Assembly (NCBI RefSeq): GCF_009914755.1
Contig: NC_060926.1
Direction: 5' to 3' (one strand)
DNA length: 64,000 bases
From: the human T2T-CHM13v2.0 reference genome, Homo sapiens
The position numbers were made by a program, and so were the translations under genes. Shown here in pieces: positions 1 through 24,935 of this stretch. Every line of letters begins with the position of its first letter. Position 1 is the stretch's first letter. Under the pieces are notes generated by a model. That model searched no databases and had not been told where the DNA came from. It was given only the letters and a program-made list of their open reading frames with translations.

Positions 1-111
1 AGATGTTTCCTTGTTCAAAATCAACCTAAAGTTTTTAAAATCCACATAAAACAATAGCACATGTAAATTAAGTCTACTTTTTTTTGTGTCACGCAGATAG
101 CAAGCAGTGAT

Positions 112-184
112 AGATATTAACTACACAGATAACAGATATTAACTGCACAGATGTCAGATATTAACTGTACAGGTGTCTGATATT
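112..184. repeat. 22-bp tandem repeat, about 3.3 copies
   Basis: AGATATTAACTACACAGATAAC / AGATATTAACTGCACAGATGTC / AGATATTAACTGTACAGGTGTC / TGATATT. Confidence 0.85.
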
Positions 185-1975
185 TGTCATACACAGCAAC
201 CAAAGAAAAAGAAAGCAAAGGAGGTAGAGGGACATGTATTCAGCTTCTAATATGGATCAGGTTTTGTGCTTGATGTCATTATATACATTATACACATTAA
301 TCCTCCAAAAAATCCCCAAAGCTAAATTCAGCTTTCCTACAGCATAATGTAAATGAGACTACACAGATTGTACTCCTTTGTGTCTTTTTTTTCACTCTGA
401 ATAATTTTGCTCTCATAACCTCATAGAAAACAGTAAGTCGTTCTTTTTAATAAAAATCAGTGTCAGGATCTGAAACCAAACTTGTCAATTTTCTAAATTT
501 ATGCTCTTTTTATCCTTTCTACAGGGATGAAAAGCTAATGCATGGCAAATCTATGATCCTTTAAGAAATAAGGATAACAAAACATACCAAAAAATTCTCA
601 ATAGCACTGATAATCCTATTAAGAAAATTAAAATCAGATATTACCACTTACCTAGTAGATTGGTAAAAAGGAAAGTCTCAACAAAATAAGTTGGGACAAG
701 AATGTTGACAACAGAAACTCATATCTGCTGGTGATAATATAAATTAGTAGAGTCGTTTTGAAAACATTTTGGAGTTATCTGGAAAGCTGGAAGGTTTGCA
801 TATTCTGCAAACCAGCTACTTCACTTGTAGAGTATGTGTGTGTACCTTGGAGGAACTCTTGCGTATGTAAACCACAATACATGCAAAAGAATGTTATGGA
901 AACATTATTTGCAATAGCCCAGAACAGAAATAGCTCTGAACTATCACAGTTCCGAATTGAAATTAATCTGAATGTCTATCAAGAGGAGAAGATGTCTACA
1001 AATTGCTGTGTATTCACACAATCAAATTTTATGCAGTGATGAAAACAAATTTAGCACAGTTATATACAACAACATGAATGCTTCTAATAAAAATGCTGAC
1101 CTAGAGATCCTCCTGCAAAATCACTTCAATAAATAGTGCAAGACAGAATAAATTTAGGTGAAAAAATAAAACCAGCAAAAGCAAAAATAGAGGAAAATTT
1201 CCCAACACATTTCAGGAAGTTAGGATAACCAATACAAAAATCAAATATCTATATCACCTATGAATATAGATGTAAAAACTAAAAATAAAATATTAAACAT
1301 TAAATTAAGTAGTATATTAAAAGATTATTTTGAATGAGTTATGTTTATTCAAAACTTAAAAAGTTCAACATAAGTTTATTATTCAATAAATAGATAAATG
1401 AAAAAAACCCCAATTAAAACTCTAAGCAAACCAGGATTAGAAGAACACTTCAATAACCTTATAAATTATATTCAACAGGAATCGGACAAACCAGTAAATG
1501 TGAACTATGTGAAGTAGTTCATCAAATTCCCTAAGTTAGTGATTCCTGAAATCACCATTTTGATTTAGCTAGCCAACGCAATAAGTGAAGGAATAAAATA
1601 GGAGGCGTCAATATTGAAAAGAAAAAGACTACTATAATTTAAATACCACATTACCATTTTCCTCAAAAATTTAAAAGAAACAGGTAAAAATATTTTAGGA
1701 CTAATAAGGAAGTTCATCAAAATGGTCTAATACAAAATATATACTTTTCTACATATTAATAAAAAACAACTTAAAAATAGAAGGGAAATTCCATTCAAAA
1801 CAATCTATAAAATGCATAGGACAAGGACAATTCAAAGGAGAGCGGTTAGTCTTTTCAGCAAATAATAAAAGAACAACTGAACATCCAAATGAAAAAATAA
1901 ATCTGGATGGGTATTTTATATGCAATTTAAAAATTAACTCAAAATGAATGAGAGATAAATGTTGTAAAATGGGCC

Positions 1976-2136
1976 TTTTTTTTTTTTTTTTTTTGAGACA
2001 GAGTTTGGCTCTTGTTGCTCAGACTGGAGTGCAATGGTGCAATTTCGGCTCACCGCAACACCCGTCTCCCGGGTTCAAGCAATTCTTCTGCCTCAGCTTC
2101 CTGAGTAGCTGGGATTACAGGCATGCACCACCATGC
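1976..2136 (-). mobile_element. Partial AluS (right monomer plus tail)
   Basis: Poly-T then GAGACAGAGTTTGGCTCTTGTTGCTCAGACTGGAGTGCAATGG...GTAGCTGGGATTACAGGCATGCACCACCATGC. Confidence 0.9.
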
Positions 2137-2922
2137 ATTTGGGCTCATATATTTTAAAACTGCCTGCAAAGTTTGAACACCACTTCCTGGGACTTATTCC
2201 TAGAAATCAGTGATCTGGTTCTTTAATTTGTATTTCCCCCAGTATTCCTACCAGACAGAAAAAAATGCCCGTGGGAAACATAATATTTTTAGTTACATTA
2301 CAACTCTACATTTGATAATCCTGCATACATATATAATGTAGAATTAACCACAGTAAGAATTTTATAATTAGCCTAGTAGCCATTCATCTGTGAGAGCAAA
2401 TAAAAACGTCAGTCAATCTCAGATATGTAGATCTCCAAAATTTATCTTTTTCTTTAAAAAACAACAAATATACAGAAATAGTCAAAAGTCAAATATTTAC
2501 CTGAGGTACTTCTGGATCAAAACCAAAATCTTTAAAAATATAGTTTTCAAGAATTAGAGTTGAGCCATGAAATCAATCGAGTGTATAGATGTGGACATTG
2601 AAAACTATATGTTTCTAAAACAGATTTATATGACAACAACAATAATTTATAGGCAATGTAATTAGGAAGAAAATAAAATTAAGTGGTAAAACTACTTCAA
2701 GGGACAAAGAAAAATATTGCTGTTTGCAGGTAATGTTGTCCACATAGGGTAGCCAATAGAATCTCCTATAAGAATATTAAAACAAAAGAATTCAATAATT
2801 TGGCCAGATTAAAAATCAGTAGCAAACATCAATAACCTTTCTGAGTTTAGGCAGTTACCAGTTAGAACATATACTCTAAAATACTATTAACAAAAGAAAC
2901 AAACACAGCAAAAAATTTAAAA

Positions 2923-6187
<3,265 letters not shown>

Positions 6188-6600
6188 GAATATTTCAAAG
6201 ATTTTTTTTTTCTAAAAATGAGTTTGGGATGGAAATATTTTTTAATCAAAATTTTAAAATAATTTCTTTTTAAAAATACTCTTGATGTTTCTAAACTTCA
6301 TCTGGAAGAATAAGTGGGTAAAAGAATATAAAAGGAAACTTTGTAACAAGAAAAGGATAAGAAACTTGCTTTACCACATATTAAAATACATTATAAAACA
6401 ACCATTAAAACTGTAGTTCTAGCCAAGAATCTATAAATAGATTAATGTTTTAAAATAGAAATAATTAAATTCTAGCATGTTTAATAGGGGAATTTGGCAT
6501 ATACTAAAAAATCACTGGACATCAAAGAAAAACAACATAGATAATTGCATAAATGGCAATAAAAATTGACTTACATTTGTAAAAAGATCTTATTTATAGC
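6188..6600 (+). mobile_element. Continuation of the old L1M into which copy 1 inserted
   Basis: CTAAACTTCATCTGGAAGAATAAG...TTACCACATATTAAAATACATTATAAAAC is degenerate L1 ORF2, collinear with the sequence left of 3034. Confidence 0.55.
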
Positions 6601-6619
6601 TAAATTTCTTACAAGAGCT

Positions 6620-7215
6620 GTTTATCCTCACAGCCCCAATTTCTCTCCTCCACTCCAATGAAGTTGCCCTTGTCAAGGTCCATCAATAGTCCCCATCTTG
6701 CTAACTTCACTTATGCCACGTACTCAAACTACCAGCAAGTCCCATCCACCTTCCATGTATATTTAGAAGCTAGCTACCTCTCACTCCATCTCTACCACTG
6801 TCCTAGTTGAGAATACCATCCACTCTCCCCTGAATTATAACAAGTACGAGTGCTTACCTCCTTGCTGTTTCTCAAATTCAAGCAGGATAGCAGCACAGAG
6901 AAGGTCCTGGCAACAAGGTCCTGTCCTTCCTTCCCAAGCCCACATGACTCATTCTCTCACTCCTTCAGGACCACTCAATTATCACCTTATCAGAAACATC
7001 ACTCCTGGCCACCCTCTATAAAACAGTGTCACTTTCACTCTGTGTTCACATCATCTCACTTTGTTTTTATTTATAGCACATCTCCATCTAACATTATGCA
7101 CTTATTTGTTGATTTGTTTTGATATCTTCTCTCTCTAGAACATAAGTTTCATAAAAACAAAAAATTTAACTTGTTTGCTGCTATGTCCTTCAGCACCGAA
7201 GAGTGCCTGGTAGCA
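6620..7215 (+). mobile_element. L2 relic
   Basis: C/T-rich with L2 motifs (CCTTGTCAAGGTC, CTAGAACATAAGTTTCAT, GAGTGCCTGG). Confidence 0.55.
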
Positions 7216-7342
7216 ATCAGAAGACAAAAATAAAATAAAATAAGTTACATTTTATTTTGCCAAACCAAAGCCATTTAAAGAGCATTATGAATGAAAGCCA
7301 TTATCTAAGTTTTGGAGCCTCCTTTTCTAGCCTCTCATTTCT

Positions 7343-8110
7343 TGTTTTATTTTTGCTTTTTTTAATTATACTTTAAGTTATGGGATACATGTGCAGAACA
7401 TCCAGGTTGGTTACATAGGTATACACGTGCCATGGTGGGTTGCTGCACCCATCAACCCGCCATCTACATTAGGTATTTCTCCTAATGCTATCCTTCCCCT
7501 AGCCCCCGACCCATGGTCAGGCCCTGATGTGTGATGTTCCCCTCTCTGTGTCCATGTGTTCTCATTGTTCAGCTCTCACTTATGAATGAGAACATGTGGT
7601 GTTTGGTTTTCTGTTCCTGTGTTAGTTTGCTGAAAATAATGGTTTCCAGCTTCATTCATGTCCCTGCAAAGGACATGAACTCATCCTTTTTTATGGCTGT
7701 GCAGTATTCCACGGTGTATATGTACCACATTTTCTTTATCCAGTCTATCATTGATGGGCATTTGGGTTGGTTCCAAGTCTTTGCTATTGTGAATAGTGCT
7801 GCAATAAACATATGTGTGCATGTGTCTTTATAGTAGAGTGATTTATAATCCTTTGGGTATAATAAACATATGAAAAAAAGCTCATCATCACTAGTCATTA
7901 GAAAAATGCAAATCAAAACCATAATAAGGTACCATCTCACACCAGTTAGAATGGCAATCATTAAAAAATCAGGAAACAACAGATGCTGGAAAGGATGTGG
8001 AGAAATAGGAATGCTTTTACACTGTCGGTGAGAGTGTAAATTAGTTCAACCATTGTGGAAGACAGTGTGCCTATTCCTCAAAGATCTAGAACCAGAAATA
8101 TCATTTGATG
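7343..8110 (-). mobile_element. 5'-inverted (twin-primed) L1PA7-like element; 7343-7861 on minus, 7862-8110 inverted
   Basis: L1 3' end on the minus strand, with an abrupt strand switch at about 7861. 15-bp TSD TAGCCTCTCATTTCT at 7328-7342 and 8111-8125. Confidence 0.92.
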
Positions 8111-8125
8111 TAGCCTCTCATTTCT

Positions 8126-8525
8126 AACCAATAAAGATAAGTAATAACATGCTTTTTGTAGCATGGCAGAAGACATGTTATAGATATTGCTACAATGTCA
8201 TATCAGAACTAGTATCTAGAATATATGAAGAATTTTCAAAAATCAACAATAAAACAAGGAAACAATTTAACCAGAAAATGGGAAAAAGACTTGAAGAGAC
8301 ATTTCACCAAGGATCTGGCAAATAAGCACATGAAAGAAACTCAATATCATTAGTTATTAAAGGAATGAAAATTAAAACCACAATGAGATGTCACTAATAC
8401 ACCTATCAAAATGACTAAAATAAAACGACAGTGATAACCCTAAATGCTGACCGGGATATGGAAAAACTGGATCATTTTACAACGCTAATGGGAATTTAAA
8501 ATGGTACTGTAACTCTTGAAAAGAG
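8126..8525 (+). mobile_element. Old L1M ORF2 3' fragment
   Basis: GAACTAGTATCTAGAATATATGAAGAA...ATTAAAACCACAATGAGATGTCAC...GGGAATTTAAAATGGTAC. Confidence 0.7.
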
Positions 8526-9029
8526 GGTAACCACATATTAAATTGAAGAACTGGAGGTGAGGGAAAGACAAACATGAAATGCTCTTTGGTTAAAGTGTCT
8601 CTATTAATGCAAAATCTAAAGCACGTAAAACTGCCTTGGTGATTTAGAACATCTCTTATTCTTTCATAAGTTTTTAGTTAAATGTTCCCGTAATATACAT
8701 AAAATATGCAAAAGTCATGATCACTTAAATTTTAAAGTCTCTTTATAAAATAAAGATTTAAGACAATCAACTTTTAACATAACCTTTAAAGAATGTACCT
8801 TGAAATCTATTATGAAACAGGACTGTACCATGTGTTTCATTCCATTCTCTCTCTCTACGAAGCAACTTTCAGAAGCAGCATTAAAGTGAATCTTGCTTTC
8901 TTAATGCAAAGATCTATTCTAATTAAATACATGAAGTAAAATATTTAGGAGTATCTCTGATAAAGTACTTACACTATGATACAAGCCAGCATTCCTGTTT
9001 TTAAAATATTTAATGTTCATTTGCTTTAT

Positions 9030-9635
9030 AAGCTTCTTATTTTGACGTAATTATAGATTCCCATGCAGTTATAAGAAAAAATGCAAAGCCACGTAAGCTC
9101 CCATGAAAGCTTCATCTAGTTTCTCCCAATGGTCATATTTTATACAACTGTAGTAAAATATCACAATTTAAAAACTGACACAGATAAAATCCACTGACCT
9201 TATTCAGATTTTGCCAGTTTTACATACATTCGTGTGTGCGGTGTGTGTACTTCATTCTGTGTAATATCATCGCATGTGTAGACTCACCACTGCACTCAAA
9301 GTACAGGTCACTTCCATCACAGGGCTCCTTTGTGCTATCATTTTGTAGATGCTGCCAACTTCCTTGCTCCTTTATTCCCGAAACCTGGAAACCACAAATT
9401 TGTTTCTCCATCTCATTAATTTTTCCATTTCAAAACTGTATTAGAGGTGGGATGATATAGCAATATAACCTTTTGATATTGGCTTTTTCCACTCAGAGTA
9501 ACTCCCTTGAGGTTTATCCAATTTGTGCAGGCAGTAATAGTTTATTTTTCTTGCTGAGTAGGATTCTGTGGTGTGGATGTATCATCATTTGTTTCATTAT
9601 TCACCTGTTGAAGTACATTTGGGTTGTTAGAATTA
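9030..9635 (-). mobile_element. Old L1MC-type 3' end
   Basis: TTATAGATTCCCATGCAGTTATAAGAAA...TTATTCACCTGTTGAAGTACATTTGGGTTG matches an antisense L1M 3' region. Confidence 0.65.
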
Positions 9636-11526
9636 TTTAATATTTTACTTCATGTGTTATATAATTATATAGTTATATCTATAAATATGTAATATAAAAT
9701 TTGATAAAAATTATGCTATAAATATAATTATATGGCATATAAGTACAGAAACACTATAATTTTTTCTTTATTTTCAAGGAAACGCATATAGAAGAGAGGT
9801 AGATAGGTATACTCCACATGTGATTTTGAGCCAGTTCTGCAGTATTTTACATATCACATCGTGTTTGGGAAGGTCTCCAAGTATCTTGCAAATATAATTT
9901 ATTTATTTTAATATCAACTCCCTTTAAGGGGTTACATAACTTAGGGTCATTCCACATTTTATTTTCCTGAGACATTAACTTATGGTCTTTGCTTGACTTG
10001 TATATGAACTCCAAATTTGTTAACTAGTAGGGGTTCTATGAAATACATCTTTTCTCCTCATCTTTTTGTCTCTTCTACCCTCATATAATCATATAATTAT
10101 TCAATTTTTCCAGTCATCCAATGGTTGTTGTTCTCTCCATGTTGTTTTTATTTTATAATACTTACTGTGCTGCTAAGGTTCTCTATTTGTACCGTTGAAC
10201 ACCATCTTCAAGTACTTTACTTTTTAAAAAATAAATATTATCTTGTGTAAACCTATGAATAATCCAATATTTTGTTACAACTGATATTGATTATAAAATT
10301 CTTTAGTTGCAACTTTTTAAATTCAAAGTTTTGTTACTATTTTCTCATTGTATTTTGGCATCCAGTATTGCAGAGAAAATACTAAAGGGCATCATAATAT
10401 TTGCATTTTTGTAGTTAATTTCTTTTTATAATGCTGACTTTTTGCTTATTTTTGCTTTTATTCTTTGTAGCTCAAATATTTTGTCAAAAATTTTGTCTAG
10501 GTGTGGGTTTATTTCATCAATATTTTCCTGCTAAAATCTATGAACCAACTCAGCTTGTACATACAGGTCTTGCTTTGACTCTGAAGATTATTTGAAAAAT
10601 TTAAATCTTCTATTCATTCTATTTTTTCTTTTCAAAATATCTGCATATGCACTTCATACTGCTAATTTTTTCTCTAGTGGTTTTTATTGCTTTTATTTTC
10701 TTAGAAATCTGTTTTTTGTTCTTCCTGTCACTGATTTGATTTTGTACTCCAAGTCTCCTGCTTATTTATTTTGGGTACTTTATTTTATATTTCTACTCTT
10801 GCATTTCAAGTTTCTCTTGCTCCTCTCTTATTTCAGTTTTGTCCTTTTTTATCTCAGCTTGTTTGATTCCACAGGATATCTTCCAGATGCTGTTCTGTTA
10901 TTATGATTTTTTTATAGGCACGTATTACTTATTTTTAAACTTAGTTTCAAAGAACTTGGGTCTGCAAATACATTATTTTGACAATATGGATGGATTATCC
11001 TTGCTTCCATTTTGTGTCTGCATGAATGATGTTACATCTTTTCCAATTAGTGCAATTTCCAATCTCTGGCTGCCTGTATTTTTTTTTTCTTACAGTTGTA
11101 CTTCTAAAAGCCCTCAGTTTCAGATCATCAGTCATTCTTAGTCAATACAATATATGAAATCCTAAAATTCTCAGAGCTCCCTTTCCTGCACTTTGCAACA
11201 AATATGAAGGAAGCTGGTTTTGGCAGGCCCGGGGTGTGTTGGCAGGGGTGGGTACTGCACTGAGGATTTTTCCTAACTTACATCATCCTGTAGTGTTTAG
11301 TAATGGAAGATAATACCTCTTAAAATGTACTGCAGCAGAATAGATACTTTGTTGCATGTGCTTTTTTCCCTGATTTCCAATTTGTCATTAAAACTGGTGA
11401 CAGATTTAGCAGGCTAGAGATTGAGGACACTTTATGATGCTTTATGAAAGAGCTTTACAGTGGTAAAAGTAACAACACACAATTTTTAATAGTAGAAGAG
11501 ATATAGAATATTTTCTACTTTTATAG

Positions 11527-11989
11527 ATTGACTGTTCCATGATATGAAGCCAGACTACTCTGTTCACTGAAACGTGGATAGATTTTCTTTCTCCATCGTC
11601 TTCCAGCTATGTTGCAATTAATGTCAGTTCTTTCCAGATTCTGGAATAAAGGTCTATGTACATTCAGAAGTTTCTTTTTCACTGTTAAGAGTTATCATTT
11701 TGTGTTTTATTTTTATTTTTTACTTTTAGGAGAATTTGTAAGAAACTGAATTAAGGGTTTCTATTATGGTAACTTATTGAAGTTGAAGCCTGCAAATTTT
11801 TTTTATAAACAATTTATAAAGCACACACAAGCAATTCAGATGATACATGAGTTGCTATTTAGAGTAGATGGTACCGAACCTGTGCTAGCCAGATGGATAT
11901 TCATTCGTTTTCTCCTTTTCAAGGGAAATCTTGATTATTTTCATGAATGTATGCAGAATCTCCTAATACTTGGACTAAACAAGCTTTAA
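11527..11989 (+). pseudogene. Two phase-compatible fossil exons with a 78-nt intron (11652-11729)
   Basis: Spliced translation: LTVP*YEARLLCSLKRG*IFFLHRLPAMLQLMSVLSRFWNK|GEFVRN*IKGFYYGNLLKLKPANFFYKQFIKHTQAIQMIHELLFRVDGTEPVLARWIFIRFLLFKGNLDYFHECMQNLLILGLNKL. Confidence 0.5.
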
Positions 11990-12213
11990 TATTACTGGAA
12001 ATTGTGAGGAATAATTTTCCGATTTATCATTAGAAATTCAAGCATATTTTTACCTGTTACATATGGTTCATGAAGGGATTAAAAAACATAATTGTAATTA
12101 TTCATATAACCATGTGTCAGAAAATTTATGTTATGTAATCTATATTTCAGACCCTTAGAGGTGCTGGGCTATTATTTTTTGCTATGTAAGCATTTGTTTG
12201 GCCTGAAAAGTGA

Positions 12214-12214
<1 letters not shown>

Positions 12215-12253
<39 letters not shown>
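12215..12253. repeat. (CA)n microsatellite, about 19 units
   Basis: Read directly from the sequence. Confidence 0.97.
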
Positions 12254-12255
<2 letters not shown>

Positions 12256-12284
12256 TGTCTGAAGAGTTAGGAAACAGTGGAAAA

Positions 12285-12581
<297 letters not shown>

Positions 12582-14142
12582 AGGAAAACTTATTTTTAAA
12601 GAGTAATTAAATTATATTTTCGAATAATATGCTGAATATATTTTTCCTTTAACCAAAGCATTTCAGGTTAAGTAGTTTGAAGTGTAAAGTAATGGGATCA
12701 ATTTTTAACCTGAAAAAAATCAGTATGAAGTATTTTATTCCAAGACTTAAATTCTTTGGAATGGATTCTTTATTTCAAGGCTTAAGTCCTTTGGGATGAC
12801 TTCTACACTAATTTCTGGTTTTCTGACTTTTTTTAGATGTATGTGGCTGTATCTTTTTAATGATTTTAAATGACCATTTTAAACTGGTATGGACCATAAG
12901 AGATGTATTTTATCTCATACAAATAAAAGGCAAGAAGAAGGGCAAACTTCAGGTCTAGAATTAAGTGGCATAAACATGTATTTAATGTTCTATCTACCTG
13001 CATTAGGCAATTTAGGTTATATGCCTAGGCATGGACCAATAATTATAACTAGGAGAATTCTACATGCTTTTTGGGCTCAAATCTTTATTTTGTTGAGAAG
13101 AACAGAGGTAAAATGGATTCTGGGTAGGCAACAATTGCTAACATTTAAAAAGCTAAGAGGTCTCATGCATAAATCTGAATTTCTAGTTTCTAATAAAGAC
13201 TGAAAAACTTTGAGCCTGTATTTCCACAACACATTAGCTGGGGTTGTGTAACTAAATGACTACCACCCCCTTGAGGTGAGACAGTCCAGCTCCTGTTTGC
13301 ACCACTTTCAGCCACTTAGGATTATTTTGTATGCCTTGTTTACTTCACTCCTTTAATCACCTGGCTCTTGTAGGCATTTGCATTTATTGCTCCTGTTGTA
13401 TTTTGTTTTACCACATCATATAATTTTCCCTAAACTCTTCTCAAGATTATTTTAATTCCAAGACAAGTCCTTTGGAATAGGTTCTACAGATTTTTCTTTT
13501 AATTTCACTAAAAAATGGGCTCCAGATTTAAAATCTTTAAAATTAAAAGTTTTATCTCCCATACCAGTAAAGTGATAAAATTATGTTATAATTACTTGTT
13601 TTTAATTTCTATTTTTATTGCTTAGTATGAAGCCTAATAAACCTAGTTGTTTTATTTTAAATTCACAGTATTTCCTCTTGAAGTTAGAATATTTTTCAGA
13701 AATTTTTTGTATATGTCTTCCTATATTTCTGTCTCAACCTGTCTCTGTATAATCATCTACATGTAGCTGATCTAAGTCATTTATATCTATGTCTATCTAT
13801 CTAATTGGAAAATAGTTTTGGCAGAATTCTGTGGTCAGCTGTAGTTACCAGATTGTGATGAATAGCATTTTCCTCTTTTCTGGTTAGCCATTCAAAGGAA
13901 GAATGTTTCCTAACTTGATATATATAGTATTTACTAGATCTGATTTCTTAATTATCACTATGCTCCCAAACACTATTCTGTGCTTTTCAAATTTGTACTT
14001 CTTTCTTTGCCTGCTGATTCCTAATGTGTATCTAATAAAAAGAATTACCAACAAATAAAGATAAGAATAATAATTTAGAATTTTTCTTTTTGATCATAAT
14101 GCACTCTGAAGACAATTTGATGTGGATTGAACCTCAGGGGTA

Positions 14143-20320
<6,178 letters not shown>

Positions 20321-20885
20321 AAACTCAGGGGTAGGAAATATTTTTGTTAGATGCTGTAAATAGATAATTGCATTTATATTTATGTCCTATGGTTACATGC
20401 TATTTGATCACATAGACATAGAACACAAATACAAATGTAATTGTAGCAAGAATTTTCACCAATGGTTTTTTAAATGTTATTCCTTAAATATATTTTCCCT
20501 GAATTTGTCATCTTTACAATGAATAGTATTTGAAGATAATATTGTTTTTATATGACTGAATTATGGAAATGATTAAAATTGAAAATAATCTTTTGAAGGT
20601 ACATACAGGCTAGTGAAAGGCATTCAATGGACCATTTACAGTTGCTTCTTCAGCTACTGTCCTTAAAATGTTTATTTTTAAAAGGAACCAGTTCTTACCA
20701 AGCTTTGAGGTGCTATGACTTCCTTTGTCTTTCAGTCAAAGTCAGTGTTGTGCTTAAAGGAAATAAATGCTTGTGAGAAGTAAAACACAAAACTTCATGA
20801 TAATAAGGGTAACAAAAATAATTCAACAGGTACTGACTTTCCAAATAAAACTACGTGCAACTTGAAAAAATAATTTCTTTCATAG

Positions 20886-20990
20886 AAGACATGAATCAAC
20901 CCAGTATGAAGTTATGCATTATTCCTATTTGCACTGGACCTCTGTTTTATCTCTCCAGGAGGCAGATTTTCTATTTTTTAGAAAATTATA
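20886..20990 (+). pseudogene. Candidate 105-bp exon
   Basis: TTTCTTTCATAG acceptor and GTAAGA donor. Two frames are open (RHESTQYEVMHYSYLHW.. or EDMNQPSMKLCIIPICTGPLF..). Confidence 0.5.
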
Positions 20991-21184
20991 GTAAGAAAAA
21001 ATGAGAGTCAAAGTAATATAAATGCTCTAGAAGCTCCTATCAATGTGGCAACACTAAATACTGAACATTAGGAAATCAAAGTACTTGGGGCTTTTAATAA
21101 TTCTATTTTGCTTACCAAGCCACTGTTTTTTCAGCTCCTCTTAAAATCTCCTTCTATACAATCTTTAAACTGATTAGAGAATTT

Positions 21185-22090
<906 letters not shown>

Positions 22091-22587
22091 ATTGTACTTT
22101 ACATAGGCAAAGAAAATGTGCAAATACATTTTAAATATGATATTATTTATAATATTATCAAATATGAAATATCTAAAGTTAAAATTTTAAAACATGCACA
22201 ACTTTTAAGTTTAAAGCATTGCTGGGAGAAGTTAAAGAAGTAGTTGTTAATGAATAATGAATGAAGAGATACACTTTCTTCATGGATTGGCAGGCTCATT
22301 ATTGTTAAGGTGACAATTTTCCTCAATTTGATCTCTGTATTTAATGTAATCCAAGTCAAAATCCTGGTAGACTTTTTGTTGAAATTAAGAAATTGATTCT
22401 ACATTTTATATGGAAATGCAAAGTACCTAGAATTACCACAATACATTTGAACTTACCAGAAAACAAACTCCACTTGGCTAAGATGTACTATTTATTTTAT
22501 ATATTGGTGGATTTTATGTGTTAATACTGAATATTTTTGTGTCTATATCACGTGGGTTATTTGTTTGTAATATTATTTCTTTGTATT

Positions 22588-22890
<303 letters not shown>

Positions 22891-22969
22891 TGTTTGGTTT
22901 TTAAAATCAGAGTAATGTTGACCTCATATGATATGTTGGAAAATGTTGCTTTCTCTTCTATTTGGAGAG

Positions 22970-24935
22970 AAAAAAATGGAGGACTTTCTCTACATGATTT
23001 TAATACTAGCTATGAAACTATAGTAATCAGAAGAGTAGTGTAAGAATAGATTCATGGATTAGTAAATAGAATCAAGAGTCCAGAAACAAATCAGTCCATA
23101 TATGTGAAAGTGACATTTGACAGTTTTCCAAAGTAATTGAATGGGAAAAGAATAGACTTTTAACAAATGCTGCTATAATTATTAGAGATATTCATAAGCA
23201 AGAAAATGAACCTTGATTCTTACCTCATACCATATGTGAAAAGTGACTTGAAATGGATTTTAGATTTTTGTGTAATAACTAAAATTATAAAACTTCCTGA
23301 AGAACATGTATGAAACATTATTTACAATTTTAGGAAGAAACATTTTTTTAAATGGTGTATTTGCTAGGGTTCCAATAGAATAGATGTGTGTGTGTGTATA
23401 TATATATATATGTATGTATATATAGAGAGAGAGAGTAAGGAATTAGCTCACGTCATCATGAAGGCTGACAAGTCCCCAGATCTGCAGTTGACAAGCTGGA
23501 GACACAGAAATGCTGATGGTGCAGTTCCAGTCCAAAGGCCTAGAGGCTTGGGATCCAGAAAGACCAGCGTTTCAGTATGAGTCTGATGGCAGCAAAAACA
23601 CTGATGTTCCACCTCAAGGCAGTCACGCAGGAGGAAATTCCCTCTTATTCAGGCATTTTGTTTAATTCAGGTCTCAGCTGACTGGATGAGGCCTACCTAC
23701 ATCAGAAAGGTCAACCTTGAATATGATCCCAAACACCTTCACAGATCCACCCCAGATAATGCTTGACCAAATATCTGGGGATTCTGCCCAGCCCAGTTGA
23801 CACGCAAAATCAACCATTGCAAATGGGCATGCACACAGATACAAATACCTTTAATGAAAACATTTGGATAATCAGACTTCATCAAAGTGAACGACTTTGC
23901 TCTTCAAAACATACCATTAAAAAATTAAGACAGACCCCAGACCTTAGTATTTGACATATTTTAGCATATGTCAGTATGAAAGTATTTGCAAAATGTGTCT
24001 GATACAGGAGGTATATCCAGATTGAATAAAAAATTTTTTCAGCTTAATTTTAAAAAGACAAACAGCTCTATTTAAAATAACACGTAATATATTTGAACAA
24101 TCATATAATCAGAGAAGATAGATGAATGGATATTAAATAATCACATAAAAAGATGTTCAACATTTTTAATCATAAGGGAAATGAAAGTGAAAACCACAAT
24201 GAGATATCATTGTGCACTCATTTGCTTCGTTAAAATTTAAGAAGGTTGACATTATCAATATCAATTGCTGCTGAAGATTAGAACAACTAGCACTCTCATA
24301 CACATATACCTAGTTAGTAGAAATGCAAACTGCTATATTTGGTTCGGGAAGCCATTTGGCGTTTTCTGATAAAGGCAAATATTCACTTACCAGAAATTCC
24401 ACTGTTAGGTATTTGCCTTACAGAAGTGAGCAAACATTGCCACACAAAGATTCGCACTTGAATGTTCATAGCAGCTTTATTTAAAATAACCAAAATATGT
24501 AAGAAATTTGATGTTTAACTGGCTAATGAATAAATAAATAGTGGCATATCAATAAGACAGGATACTGCTCAGCAAAACAATGACAACAAAACCACTACTA
24601 GGTGAAGAAATATGAATAGATCTCAAGAACATTATGCTAAGTGATAGAAGCCAGGAACAAATGCTCATGTACTACATGATTTCATTTCTGTGACATTCTA
24701 GAAAAGACAAACTATAGTGAGAGAAAGCAAATGAATGGTTTTAAGTTTGTCAGGGGCAAGGGATGGGGGAGGTAATTGTCTGCTGAAGAAGGGGTAGGAG
24801 ACCATTTTGGAGGGTGCTGGAGGCATTCTATTTCTTGATTCTGGTGATGGTTTAAACAGTTGTATACATTTGCCAAAACTGATCAGATTTCACATTTGAA
24901 AGTTGTGAATATGATTGTGTATAAATAATATGCTA
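22970..24935 (+). mobile_element. Old L1M ORF2-3'UTR relic, split by an MLT2 LTR
   Basis: AGAATCAAGAGTCCAGAAACAAA, GTGAAAACCACAATGAGATATCA, AATGTTCATAGCAGCTTTATT, CATTATGCTAAGTGATAGAAGCCAG. Confidence 0.75.
23356..23821 (-). mobile_element. MLT2-type (ERVL) solo LTR
   Basis: TG/TA microsatellite followed by AAGGAATTAGCTCACGTCATCATGAAGGCTGACAAGTCCCAGATCTGCAG...GTTGACACGCAAAATCAACCATTGCA. Confidence 0.8.
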
